Below are positions 1-10,105 of a stretch of DNA of 64,000 nt, piece by piece. The DNA is taken from positions 32,001 through 96,000 of the IMG/VR virus record IMGVR_UViG_3300037461_000951, one strand, 5' to 3'. A model generated the notes under the pieces. The model was not told where the DNA came from and did no database searches. It saw only the letters and a list, made by a program, of their open reading frames with translations. Made by a program: the position numbers and the translations under genes. Source of the stretch: a virus. Within the stretch, counting starts at the first letter, position 1, and every line of letters starts with the position of its first letter.

Positions 1-393
1 GGATAAACATTTTTTAATGCCTTCAATACAAACAGCCGGAAGTTCAATGGGAGCTTCTTTCAATTCTGGAAGTTTAAAAACAAACTCTTCCAAAGGCAAC
101 ATGGGCAATTTCGTTTTATTGCGGCCACAAATCACATTGACATGTGAATCTGTCTTTGCTTTTTCAATTTCTACTTCTTCATTCTTTAATGTGTTTAATA
201 AACGAATCAACAAATTACCTGGAATGGTACACTGCAATCCCGTTGTTAAAGATAATTTACACGCTGTAATATCGTTATATGCCGTGACGGTATCATTATC
301 AAAAGCAAAATGTTGAAGTACTGCAATGAAATCTTGCGTAGCTAAGAAATTTTTAGCTTGATCTAAAGTAATTTTTAACGTATTTAAATTCAT
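1..393 (-). CDS. DNA polymerase III beta (sliding clamp)-like protein, truncated by the window edge
   Basis: Not in the ORF track. Manual translation from ATG at 393, which overlaps the upstream TAA: MNLNTLKITLDQAKNFLATQDFIAVLQHFAFDNDTVTAYNDITACK...CTIPGNLLIRLLNTLKNEEVEI...KTKLPMLPLEEF, open to position 1. The pattern resembles the first domain of DnaN-type clamps. Confidence 0.6.
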   Translation of the reverse strand, partial: MNLNTLKITLDQAKNFLATQDFIAVLQHFAFDNDTVTAYNDITACKLSLTTGLQCTIPGNLLIRLLNTLKNEEVEIEKAKTDSHVNVICGRNKTKLPMLPLEEFVFKLPELKEAPIELPAVCIEGIKKCLS

Positions 394-1892
394 TAGAAGA
401 ATCCATTTTTAGGTGGGAGTTTGGTGACGTTGTCCGCATATACCTGTTCATTTTTCAATCGAAGAACTGCTTTGATTTCAGGTTCTTGCGTCAAATACGG
501 TTCGATGCGTTGTTGTGACAATTCTTTAACAATATTTTGAGCAACGGCTGTTAATGGCAATGCTCCATACTGAGAAACATCTACAGTATTTTTTACTGTG
601 TAGGTTACTGTTAATTCTAGTTCAATTGGAGGTCGTTTGATGATTAACGGCTTACGCACCACTTTTGGTTTATCGACTGTATTTTTAACATACACGGTAG
701 ATTTACGAACTTTACTGGCTTGCTTTTCATTCCAATGTTCTTTCCAACATTGTTGATTCAACCAAGCTTGAGTTAAAATACGCACATTTTCAGCATGTTG
801 TGGATATACAGGTGTGACTAGCCAATTGATATTATCAATTTTAATATCATGCATCAAACGAATAAGCCGACTTCTGTTCGTTCCCGCACCAGATGCCGTT
901 CCGGCAAAATAAATATTTCCACCTTCTTCATAATCAAAACGTTCTTTGTACCATTTTTTTGCATGAAGTTGGATGTTATTGAATAACCGAATATTCGCAA
1001 CATCTCGCCAATGATATGAATCTTTAATAGCATCTACATTGATGTTATTAATATCTAAATAATGTTGAACATAAAAACGGGCTGTTTCACCGAGATTGTC
1101 AATGTAGTGTGGTTCAACATCTCGGCGTCGAGTCACGGGAATGACTTTATACATATTTAGATAATCATAATCTACTAATTCCGTTCCATTTAAAATGGGT
1201 TTGGGAACTAAAAGACTCCCCACTCGCGCCATGTATGTCCAAGTACTTTGATCCGCTGAATACCACGGATACATCTTAATAATTTCTGGAGCACCCATAG
1301 CAAAACCATGAACCTTGCATTTTGGTTTTCCATGAGAATCACACACCACTTTAAAACATGCATCACCAAAAGGTTTAAATTTGGCTTTTACAATATCTTG
1401 TCCAAGACCTGAAATTCCAATGTAATCATATTTTTCAACCATGCGTTCTAACCAGTGAATATCTTCACCGTTATGAAACACGGGCATGGGCATTAAACCA
1501 CAACTTTCGATGTACTCAGTAATTTTCCAACTTTCTTCCGGGTTGTTAATAATATCTAACGTGACATAAAATTTATATAAATCTTTAAACTCATGACAAT
1601 GCGCAATATAGTTATCCAAAAACTTTTTAAATTCTTTAGTTTTGATGTAACTGTAATCTGCATTAATTCGTGCTTGACTGGAAATTTTATCGCCCACTAC
1701 GAAATGTTCTTTATATAAAGAGTGAGCACCACTATCGGTACTGACGACAAATTCTTTAAAAACAATGTCATCTTCAGGATATTGATAAAGTTCTTCGGCA
1801 TCAGTAAGTTCTTGCGAAAGATTTTTCCATTTTAAATTTTGAAGATTGGATTGCTTTCTTTTGTATTTTTCTAATTGAACATTAAAACTCAT
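393..1892 (-). CDS. TGT-fold (queuine tRNA-ribosyltransferase / DpdA-like) base-exchange protein
   Basis: Motifs DSGAHS, YVTLDII, MPVFH, YIGISG, KVHGFA and YPWYSAD appear in the order expected for phage TGT-like proteins; folE and queD-like genes lie nearby. Confidence 0.7.
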   Translation of the reverse strand: MSFNVQLEKYKRKQSNLQNLKWKNLSQELTDAEELYQYPEDDIVFKEFVVSTDSGAHSLYKEHFVVGDKISSQARINADYSYIKTKEFKKFLDNYIAHCHEFKDLYKFYVTLDIINNPEESWKITEYIESCGLMPMPVFHNGEDIHWLERMVEKYDYIGISGLGQDIVKAKFKPFGDACFKVVCDSHGKPKCKVHGFAMGAPEIIKMYPWYSADQSTWTYMARVGSLLVPKPILNGTELVDYDYLNMYKVIPVTRRRDVEPHYIDNLGETARFYVQHYLDINNINVDAIKDSYHWRDVANIRLFNNIQLHAKKWYKERFDYEEGGNIYFAGTASGAGTNRSRLIRLMHDIKIDNINWLVTPVYPQHAENVRILTQAWLNQQCWKEHWNEKQASKVRKSTVYVKNTVDKPKVVRKPLIIKRPPIELELTVTYTVKNTVDVSQYGALPLTAVAQNIVKELSQQRIEPYLTQEPEIKAVLRLKNEQVYADNVTKLPPKNGFF

Positions 1893-2129
1893 GATGCATT
1901 TCCACTTAATCGGGAGTTGATTGATAAGACATTGTTGTCCAACGAGTGATGGACAACACGGTTAATTTATCATTTTGTTGATCTGAAGATAATTGAACTT
2001 GTCCACTGAGTTGGATACGTTCTCCATTTAAAAAGAATTTAATCAATTCTTTTTCAAGCTCACTGGATATACGAACAGCACCCACGACTTCATTGAGATT
2101 GAAGTCTCTGATTAATGGAACTGTTCTAT

Positions 2130-3146
2130 TCATAATACTTTTAACTTTAAAATTTCATTTAAGATATTTTGATGTAAATTATGTGGAGAGCGAGCATAAC
2201 ATGCTTGACAGGTCATTGGTAAGTCATGATCTTCACGATGTTTAATTCTAAATTCTTTTACTTTGTCGCTGTTCCAAATGTCCTTCAACGACTGTTCGTG
2301 CAAGTTGCCGTATACCATGTCCGGTTCATCATTAAACGCCATGCAGCACGGCACTACAGCCCCATTTGCTTTAATGCTGACGCTATACCATGGGTTAGTA
2401 CAAAGCTCCGTAAAACGGCGATTTAGGGTATTTGCTTGCGTATCTTTAACAGTCCGAATTCGCGTACTTTTTCGACTGAGATAAAATTCACCATTCGAAG
2501 ACATCCAGCCAAATTCTTTTGCTACTTTTTTGAAAGTATTAATTTGCTCTTCAAACCCATCAAACTCAATGAATTGAAAATCGATGACTGGAAAAAAAGA
2601 AATACCACGATAATCTAATACTAGATTAATGTTTAAAATTAATCGATCCCAATTACCCCCTAAACGATATTGTTCATACAATTCGGGAGTTCCAGCATCT
2701 ACTGAAATTGTCACATAATGGCTATTGAGTGCCGCATCTAATACGTGTTTTTGATGTAAAAGATTTCCATGCGTGGAAAATCCCACAAACACTTTCTTTT
2801 TTAAGAGTTGAACATATTCATTTAAACGTTTGTTGAGTGTGGGTTCACCACGAAATTGTAATTCGATAAATGAACTGCCATCTAAATCTCGTTCTACAAT
2901 CGTTTTAAATAATGCATCATCAATGTATGCATCACCCGAATAAGGGGTATCTCGTATACCAGTCTGACAAAATTGACATTTAAAATTACAACGAGACATC
3001 ACTTCAATTTGATAAATGGATGGCAATTCTGGAATCCAAGATTCCAATAATTTATCACTGTTAGCAATACGTTGTTTCGTATCTAACGAAATGGGAATTA
3101 TTTTCATGTTATTTGTATATGGGAAATGTGCTACTGATTTCCGCAA
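2130..3146 (-). CDS. Radical SAM protein with SPASM/twitch domain (likely start MKIIPI at ~3107)
   Basis: CNFKCQFC (CxxxCxxC), GEP, and C-terminal CTNPW...VVPCC...GNLHEQSLKDIWNS...CQAC. Confidence 0.9.
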   Translation of the reverse strand: MRKSVAHFPYTNNMKIIPISLDTKQRIANSDKLLESWIPELPSIYQIEVMSRCNFKCQFCQTGIRDTPYSGDAYIDDALFKTIVERDLDGSSFIELQFRGEPTLNKRLNEYVQLLKKKVFVGFSTHGNLLHQKHVLDAALNSHYVTISVDAGTPELYEQYRLGGNWDRLILNINLVLDYRGISFFPVIDFQFIEFDGFEEQINTFKKVAKEFGWMSSNGEFYLSRKSTRIRTVKDTQANTLNRRFTELCTNPWYSVSIKANGAVVPCCMAFNDEPDMVYGNLHEQSLKDIWNSDKVKEFRIKHREDHDLPMTCQACYARSPHNLHQNILNEILKLKVL

Positions 3147-3408
3147 TCACAGAATAATCTTTATTAGTTTCTAATAACATTTTTATGATGGGCTGTGTAC
3201 TGTTGAGTGCCAACGCTTTCATTTTAGCTTGCTTTACCGACGTGGCAAAGATATTTCCTATATAAATTTTATCAGATTGAGTTGTGATAAAAACATCGTA
3301 TTCTCGAATACTAGATTCCATTTGAAGTCCTTAAAAAGAATGTGTCGTGGATGGTCACACGACACATTAAAATGACAACACCTTGCGTGTTGTCGGGATC
3401 ATGACATA

Positions 3409-4515
3409 CTATTCAAAATCTCTTATAGATAATCCGACTGGAAAAATTGGAACACCATCTTCAGATTTTTCTTGAAAACGAACAGTTAACATTTGTCCCA
3501 CATATTCATTCAAATTATCCAAGTAATCTTTTCGTTCATCCCAAGTGCCTTTGGGTCGGACATTGAATGTAAGTCCAGATTTAGTTTTACATTCAAATAT
3601 CACGGTTCCCTCATCACGGCCTTGTGCTGAACGACCTCCAATAATTTCAAATTCTTCATCTAAAAAATCTTTATATTTTAATAAATCGTAACTTCTACGA
3701 TCTGGTTTATACATTCCATGACGAGATCGAATCATTGTTCCTTCGTACCCGTCAATTAAATTTCGTTGATGGTAGCGTTTTAATTGAACTTCAGATTCCA
3801 AAAGATAAGTGGGTACGATTTTAATATGATCTGTATCATTACGCTCTTTTAAAAATGCTAAACGTGCATCGTAACAAACTTTTGGAAGAACTACATCGTA
3901 AATCCAATATTGCAGTGGATTGTCTTCAATATTTGATCGTGAAGTTTTGACTCTTTTAACTCGACGAATTATTTCTTGAAATCCCAAGTCGGGGTTAAAT
4001 GCTTCACCGTCCAGTATTGTACCACTGGGAAAAAGATTTTTCAAGTCATCATCCCAATGACTGAATGTTTCGTAAGTTTTACCTTTTCTGGAAATATACA
4101 AAACTGTGTCGTTTTCAATGAATGCTAAACATCTTACGCCATTAAGTTTAGACTGTCCATAAGCAGGCCAAACGATTTTATGTTTGTGATCTACATACTT
4201 GTGCGCCAACATGGGTAACAATTGTTTATCATCATTCACATTCTGACGATAATTTTCTAACTGTTTTTTCTCCCATTTAGACTTAGCTTCGGACAATGCT
4301 TGTTCGTATGGAGTTGTTTGATTGCTTCGTCCGATATTTTTACCATGCAAAATCTTTAACATGGTCGTTTGTTTTTTACCATCTCCATAACCAAAAACCG
4401 TGACAATGGTGGGAATGTTATCGATCCATTGAACAGAAATAGACCATTCTATAATTTTTCGTACTTCTGTTTCATTGTACAGAGTAGGAAAAAAGTAAGG
4501 TTTATTTTCGTTCAT
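3409..4515 (-). CDS. ATP-dependent DNA ligase
   Basis: PMLA, motif I SKLNGVRC, LDGE, YWIYDV, EGTMIR, LLKYK, and an OB-fold tail TVRFQEKSEDGVPIFP. Confidence 0.92.
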   Translation of the reverse strand: MNENKPYFFPTLYNETEVRKIIEWSISVQWIDNIPTIVTVFGYGDGKKQTTMLKILHGKNIGRSNQTTPYEQALSEAKSKWEKKQLENYRQNVNDDKQLLPMLAHKYVDHKHKIVWPAYGQSKLNGVRCLAFIENDTVLYISRKGKTYETFSHWDDDLKNLFPSGTILDGEAFNPDLGFQEIIRRVKRVKTSRSNIEDNPLQYWIYDVVLPKVCYDARLAFLKERNDTDHIKIVPTYLLESEVQLKRYHQRNLIDGYEGTMIRSRHGMYKPDRRSYDLLKYKDFLDEEFEIIGGRSAQGRDEGTVIFECKTKSGLTFNVRPKGTWDERKDYLDNLNEYVGQMLTVRFQEKSEDGVPIFPVGLSIRDFE

Positions 4516-4880
4516 TCATCATTCTCCACAATGGCTCCCATTTCACCATCTTCCAATACCTGAACCCAATAGCACTCATCGGGTTGATATTTTTGAAGTA
4601 ATAAATTAGCCAACATTTCACAAGAATAACTATTGATATTAGTGAGATGTGAATTGCTACACCGTACAAAATAGTTTTGTAAAAAATAATCTACTTTTTG
4701 TTTAAAGTCAATAAACTCAATATCTCGATCTGAATGGGATACACTAAATCTTAACTCAATATGAAAAAGATGTCTATGTGGATTTTTTAAATATTGAGAA
4801 GGATGATCTGATGGAATATTTTTCCAACTGTGGAGTGCTTCAAGTTGTGTTTTGACAATAATAGATTGTTTCATGTGCAA
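4512..4880 (-). CDS. queD: QueD / 6-pyruvoyl-tetrahydropterin synthase-like T-fold protein
   Basis: EALHSW, PHRHLFH, DRDIEF, SCEMLA and VLEDGE motifs typical of phage QueD-like proteins; near folE. Confidence 0.75.
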   Translation of the reverse strand: MHMKQSIIVKTQLEALHSWKNIPSDHPSQYLKNPHRHLFHIELRFSVSHSDRDIEFIDFKQKVDYFLQNYFVRCSNSHLTNINSYSCEMLANLLLQKYQPDECYWVQVLEDGEMGAIVENDE

Positions 4881-5231
4881 CCTTAATGTAAGTGATTTTT
4901 TGCTTTAGAATCTTCAAAGACTTCATTTAACGTACTTTCCAATAAATTTTTAAGATTATTAGAAAGTTCCGACATCAACCGACTGTCTTTTGACAGTTCA
5001 TCAAGAAACTCCAATGTGTTATGTAATCGAATGAACCATTCTTTGGCAGGTTCTTCTTGATCTATTAGTAGTTTAATTTGTTCATCAGGTTCTTGATACT
5101 GAAGAACTGACCAGTTAGGAAATTTATTTAAATGAACCAATCCCTCTTTATGGGCAATGACCATGTAAATTCCTAAATCATGTGTATCACAAAAGTCTAC
5201 GCAAGTATCACAAAAAGTTTTTAATAATTCT

Positions 5232-6310
5232 TCATTCATTACAAATCTCCACACAAATCTCCACACAAATCTTTAATATGTTAAAAATAGCTTGTTCGCC
5301 TTTCCATTGTACCTCACGCATAAAAAATTGTAATTTTTCTTGGTACATTTCGTAATTAGTTAAAACTTGTCGTAAAAGAATCGAAGCGTTGTACACTAAA
5401 TATTCAATTTTAGAATCTTCTTCAATACCGATTGGATATTTAAATTCTGCTGGATATAATTCTTTGTATGAAAGTTTATTGGGAACAATGGGAATGCAAC
5501 CACATAAAACAGATTCAAGCATTGAAATTCCGAACGTCTCTTGGTCAGCAAACGATACAGCAACTTTGGATCTATTTAATAAAGCATAGTACTCGGATTT
5601 AGTATGAGCGACTTCTTTTGTTTTAATAAAAGTCCAATCATAAAAATCTGTAGCACGACCTTTACACAACTCATCAAAATATTCTGGATTTTTTTCTTGA
5701 GCCAAGCGATGAGGAAATACAATGATGTTTTCTTTTTTTACAGGTTTTACAAAATCAGGATAAATCGGTAATCCGGTGACACGAATTTTATTTTTTAATA
5801 TATCTTTATTAGCCCATCTTTCAATACTTTTAATAATCAAGTCTTTATGAAATTGGGTTCCAACACAAATAGCGTCTAAGATTTTACACCAGGCCAATTC
5901 ACACGGTTGTCCCCATGAACGCATTCCTGCTTTCGTAATAAAATCGTATTGATCCCATGTACCGGCATGAAAAATGCCTACGATTTTAAAAGGAATGTGT
6001 AAAGCATCCCGTAAATATGCCAGCATTTCTAAACCCGGAAACCATGCATCAGCAATTAAAAATACAGTATCTTTTTTAATTTGTTGTTCACGAAATAATG
6101 AACAAATCCAACGAAGTTGCTCGCTTTTAAATTCTAATGTTCCAATGACATCTAAAAATTCACCTGTTTGAATTTTAGCGTCTATTCCACAAAGAGGTAA
6201 TACATGCAAGACATCAATTGCAAATTTCTTAAATTCAGCATCAAACCAGTGAAACCATTGCTTACTATACCGCTCTTCTAACAATTCAATGGGAACATGG
6301 ATTAAGTTCA
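5232..6310 (-). CDS. GT-B fold glycosyltransferase (likely start MNLIHVPIE at 6310)
   Basis: FPHRLAQEK and ETFGISMLES...PIVPNKLSYKE nucleotide-sugar-binding signature. Confidence 0.85.
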
Positions 6311-6677
6311 TAGTTTTCTTCTCCAAATAAAAAATCCACCACAAGAATTTGCCGATTTGCCGATTTGATATTTGGATGCAGGTGTCCATGGAGTTCCAAA
6401 AGCACCCAAGGTTTCGTCGCCTTCTTGTATTAATTCTTCGTTATTTAATCTTCGATAACCTTCTTCATCACCTAAAGATTTAAGTGAAATACATTCAGAA
6501 AAAACATCTGACATATTCTCAGGAATTCCTTCTATGAGTTGCATTCCATCCTTAATTCCTTTTGCCATTGCTTGAATAGCTAATTCTATATTCATATCTA
6601 GTACTCTTTAAAAAAGTAGTATTATTTCTAATACTACTTTTAACACAACAATAGAGGAAATAGCTTTTATTTATACC

Positions 6678-7250
6678 TTACGGCATGTTTTCAAACTCCT
6701 GAATCAAACTGGATGTTTGATGGAACACGCCAGTAATCGAAGAAGTGGACATCCACGTATCGGCTTTTTTAATTCCACGAACAATCATGCAATGATGTCT
6801 TCCTTTGACTTGAGCAATGACTCCTTTGGGTTGGAGGGTTCGTTCCAAGTAATTGACAATATCCATGGTTAAATCTTCTTGCAGTACGGGTCGTTGTGCC
6901 AATAATTCCACGACTCGGGGAATTTTACTAGCTCCCAATACTTTTTCACCTGGAAGATATCCTACATTCACCACGTAATCTACTGGTAGAAAATGATGAG
7001 GGCATGTTCCCCACACCTGAATATTTTTAATCGCCACAATACCCGAATACACCGAGGGAAATGTTTTTGTGATATGATCTTCTAATTTATTCAGATCACC
7101 ATCTAACAATCCCGCAAAAATCTCAGTATACATTCGGGCAATACGTTCTGGTGTTTCGGTGAAGTTGGGATCGTTTTCATAATCGATTCCCAAAGCTTCT
7201 AAAACGAATTGCCACGCAGATACTAATTTAAATTTATCGAAGGTTTTCAT
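6678..7250 (-). CDS. folE: GTP cyclohydrolase I
   Basis: TPERIARMY, CPHHFLP, GASKIPR, LQEDLT, HHCMIVRG. Confidence 0.95.
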   Translation of the reverse strand: MKTFDKFKLVSAWQFVLEALGIDYENDPNFTETPERIARMYTEIFAGLLDGDLNKLEDHITKTFPSVYSGIVAIKNIQVWGTCPHHFLPVDYVVNVGYLPGEKVLGASKIPRVVELLAQRPVLQEDLTMDIVNYLERTLQPKGVIAQVKGRHHCMIVRGIKKADTWMSTSSITGVFHQTSSLIQEFENMP

Positions 7251-8158
7251 TCAGCCGCCTCAAAAGCCGTTAACGGTTCAGTATTCTCTACGATGGGTTG
7301 TTTGAGAATTTCCAATTGTTTGATAGCGGCTTCACCCGTCCAACATTTCCATTCTTGTTCGGTCATGTAGTCAATAAAATCTTTCACCGTTTCCAATTTG
7401 TCCAATTCCACCAATACAAAATTTTGAGCTTTAAGATTTTGTGTGAGCTTGCGACGATGCCCTTTACTGGGGGTTGCTACCGTCACAATTTTACCGTTCA
7501 TTTCCTTACGAACGACTTTCTTCTCACTGTTGGGATCATCTTTAGCGACAACCTTCTCAATCTCAACCCGTAACTTTTCAACCGTCCAGTTTTTAGCAAC
7601 GGCATGTTTAGCCAATTCTGTTTGCTTCCCTTCTTCAGTAACCGCTAACAAAGCCGTGGCTTTTGAACGATCTAAAGCACCCGTTTGAATCAATGCCGTT
7701 ACATCTTTATTCAAGCGAGTTAAACGAACCACATTGGCAATGTAACTACGAGATTTACCTAACCGCTTCGCTACTTGATCTTGAGTTAAGGAAAAATGAT
7801 CCATCAATTGATTGAGTGCAATGGCTTCTTCCATTGGATTTAAATCTTGACGTTGCAAATTTTCCGTAATAGCGGCTTCTTGCGAAGCTTCATCTGTCAT
7901 TTCCTTGACTATGGCACGGATTTTATCTTTTCCTAAAATTTCTTTTGTTGCTCTCCATCGCCGTTCACCCGCAATCAATTCATACTCACAACCACTGGGT
8001 AAATCGGAAGCTTTTCTCACAGTAATGGGTTGAATCAACCCTTGATTTTCAATACTTTCAGCCAGTTCTTCTAGTTCTTTAACTTTGAATTCTTTACGTG
8101 GTTGATAACGATTTGGGGCAATCTTATCGCACGGCAAGTAAACCAATTGTTCAGTCAT
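7247..8158 (-). CDS. parB: ParB/Spo0J partition protein
   Basis: YQPRKEF, GLIQPI, GERRWRA (CTP-binding motif), ENLQRQDLNPMEEA, HTH TQDQVAKRLGKSRSYIAN. Confidence 0.92.
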   Translation of the reverse strand: MTEQLVYLPCDKIAPNRYQPRKEFKVKELEELAESIENQGLIQPITVRKASDLPSGCEYELIAGERRWRATKEILGKDKIRAIVKEMTDEASQEAAITENLQRQDLNPMEEAIALNQLMDHFSLTQDQVAKRLGKSRSYIANVVRLTRLNKDVTALIQTGALDRSKATALLAVTEEGKQTELAKHAVAKNWTVEKLRVEIEKVVAKDDPNSEKKVVRKEMNGKIVTVATPSKGHRRKLTQNLKAQNFVLVELDKLETVKDFIDYMTEQEWKCWTGEAAIKQLEILKQPIVENTEPLTAFEAAE

Positions 8159-8208
8159 TTTAAAGTACTCTTGTGTGGGACGTTATGGTAAAAGTATAGT
8201 TCGTGAAT

Positions 8209-8242
8209 TATTTTACATGAAACAAGTGTTTCACGTCAAGTT
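8209..8242. promoter_or_regulatory. Two degenerate parS-like 16-mers overlapping the putative parB promoter
   Basis: TATTTTACATGAAACA (13/16) and TGTTTCACGTCAAGTT (12/16) versus canonical TGTTTCACGTGAAACA. A minus-strand TTGACG-18 nt-TAAAAT overlaps them. Confidence 0.5.
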
Positions 8243-8678
8243 TTATTTAACCCACAATACAAAATACTCTTCTAATACCCAACGTGGATAAGCTCTTGTT
8301 GGAAAACGATTCGCACCTAAATGATGAATGACTTTAATTCTAATTCTTTCAGTATGACATCTAGTGAGTATTTCACGTTCTGCTTGCACTAATAAATTTT
8401 TGGTAATGGGATACCGATGATAATTAACGAAATGTTGTATGGTTAAATACTCTTCCTCACTCATAAAAGTGAACCTTCTAAATTTTCTTTAAATTTAAAT
8501 TCCAATGAAGAATGAACGGTACTGATTAAATCAGAAGCTGAAATTAATGCCGCTTTATCGTTTTCATCAAAGTGTGGACTTGGAAGAATCCATTCATCTA
8601 AAATCTGCAACATTAACTGAAGTTGATGTTTCGTGGATAAAAATGACTCTAATTCATTTTTCATAATAAGCCCATGAA

Positions 8679-8701
8679 ATAGCCCCCAAAAAGGGGGCTA
8701 T
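8679..8701 (-). terminator. Intrinsic terminator hairpin
   Basis: ATAGCCCC-CAAAAAG-GGGGCTAT inverted repeat downstream of 8716..9369. Confidence 0.65.
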
Positions 8702-8715
8702 TTATATTTACAAAC

Positions 8716-9369
8716 TTATGCGGTCGTCAATACCACAGTACCTGCATTCGAAACAGTTCCCATTTGAATAGCGACTTCAAATGCACGAACCGTATTCAGA
8801 TGCACGACTTGAGCACTAGAGCGCTGCATAACAACACCGCGCTCTTCCAACTTCACCATTAATTGATCCAATGAAGTACTCATATCTTCGCACATGATTT
8901 CACGCACGGCATTGGCGGCAATTGGACCTTTAGGTTCTTTGGGCGCTTTGGGTGGCTTGGGTTCAGAACTGGGCTTACGTCCCCGCTTTTTGGGTTCAGG
9001 CTTTTCTTCAGTTTCTTCCTCACCCTCTTCAGCTTCTTCAGTTTCTTCCTCACCTTCTTCAACTTCTATTTCAGCCTTTTTAACCGCTTTAGGCGGCTTA
9101 TGAGCCTTAGCCTTAACCTTTTTAACTTCAGACTTCTTGGTTTCAACAGACCCTGGAATATCCGTAAACTCCACTTCGCTTTCACTGTCCGTCAACATAT
9201 CGGCGGTTTTATTGTACCAATCTTGCAATTCTGTAGGAAGATCATTCCATCCCGATTCGGGCAAGTTTTGAATTTGAAAAGCGACGCGCTGCAAAAATAC
9301 ATCACGAGCTTCATCTTCTTCTTGAACGATTTCAAGAACTTCCGTTACATATTCAAATGCATTAGTCAT
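8716..9369 (-). CDS. Hypothetical protein with acidic and Lys/Pro-rich low-complexity linker (possibly DNA-binding)
   Basis: E-rich tandem duplication, KKRGRKP AT-hook-like segment, downstream terminator. Confidence 0.5.
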   Translation of the reverse strand: MTNAFEYVTEVLEIVQEEDEARDVFLQRVAFQIQNLPESGWNDLPTELQDWYNKTADMLTDSESEVEFTDIPGSVETKKSEVKKVKAKAHKPPKAVKKAEIEVEEGEEETEEAEEGEEETEEKPEPKKRGRKPSSEPKPPKAPKEPKGPIAANAVREIMCEDMSTSLDQLMVKLEERGVVMQRSSAQVVHLNTVRAFEVAIQMGTVSNAGTVVLTTA

Positions 9370-9452
9370 TGTAGGACACCTTAATTAACGTCAATAAAAT
9401 TGTTGGGGTTGATAATTCAACCCATGTAAACATACCTGACTTCAACTCTAGT

Positions 9453-9998
9453 TTAGCACTCTATCCCCAAATGGTCAAGCGTTGTTCGAATTAAATTGAT
9501 GTTTTGTGGATTCTTGTTTAACAATCTACACAACATCACATTGCATAACTCAGGATTTTCATGAAAACTGTTTTGCAATAATATAACTAGATCATCCGGT
9601 GCATTCAGCAATATATGCAAAACTTGCCGAACATCGGGCGGGGCTTTTTGCAAAAGCAGTTGCACAATCCCATCATTATCTAAATCCGCAATTAAAGAAT
9701 CTAATTGCACATTTTGTTGTTCACTATTTTCAGTGGTATCAATAAACCGCTCTTTAGTAGCTTTATTGGCTAACGTAATAAAATGATTAGACCAACTGGT
9801 TTTAAACAGTGACATCAAATGTTTTTCATTCTCAATTTGACATTGACGCTTTTGCAATCTTCTAATAGTTCGAATGAATTGCAGTTGGGCCTCTGCTAAT
9901 GCATCTTCCCAATCCATATAAGATTGTAATTTCCAATAATGTTTTTTGAGGTGGTTAATCACATAAGGACGTACAATTTCAAAACTATACTCTTTCAC
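9453..9998 (-). CDS. Putative sigma-factor-like transcription regulator
   Basis: YMDWEDALAEAQLQF...SLFKTSWSNHF resembles sigma region 2; weak. Confidence 0.4.
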   Translation of the reverse strand: MKEYSFEIVRPYVINHLKKHYWKLQSYMDWEDALAEAQLQFIRTIRRLQKRQCQIENEKHLMSLFKTSWSNHFITLANKATKERFIDTTENSEQQNVQLDSLIADLDNDGIVQLLLQKAPPDVRQVLHILLNAPDDLVILLQNSFHENPELCNVMLCRLLNKNPQNINLIRTTLDHLGIEC

Positions 9999-10075
9999 GA
10001 GTATCGCTCCGTCATTTTTATGGGTCCAACATTATACAACATACATACTCATAAAACAATATGATCTTTAAATTA

Positions 10076-10099
10076 AAAAAGCCCCAAGTATGGGGCTTT
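10076..10099 (-). terminator. Intrinsic terminator
   Basis: AAAAAGCCCCA-AGTA-TGGGGCTTT, with an A-tract (U-tract on minus) after the second ParB gene. Confidence 0.7.
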
Positions 10100-10105
10100 A
10101 CTGAC

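Noticed and set aside
17-316. Plus-strand 99-aa ORF and the many other short antisense ORFs in the track
   Set aside because: Shadows of longer, motif-bearing genes on the opposite strand.
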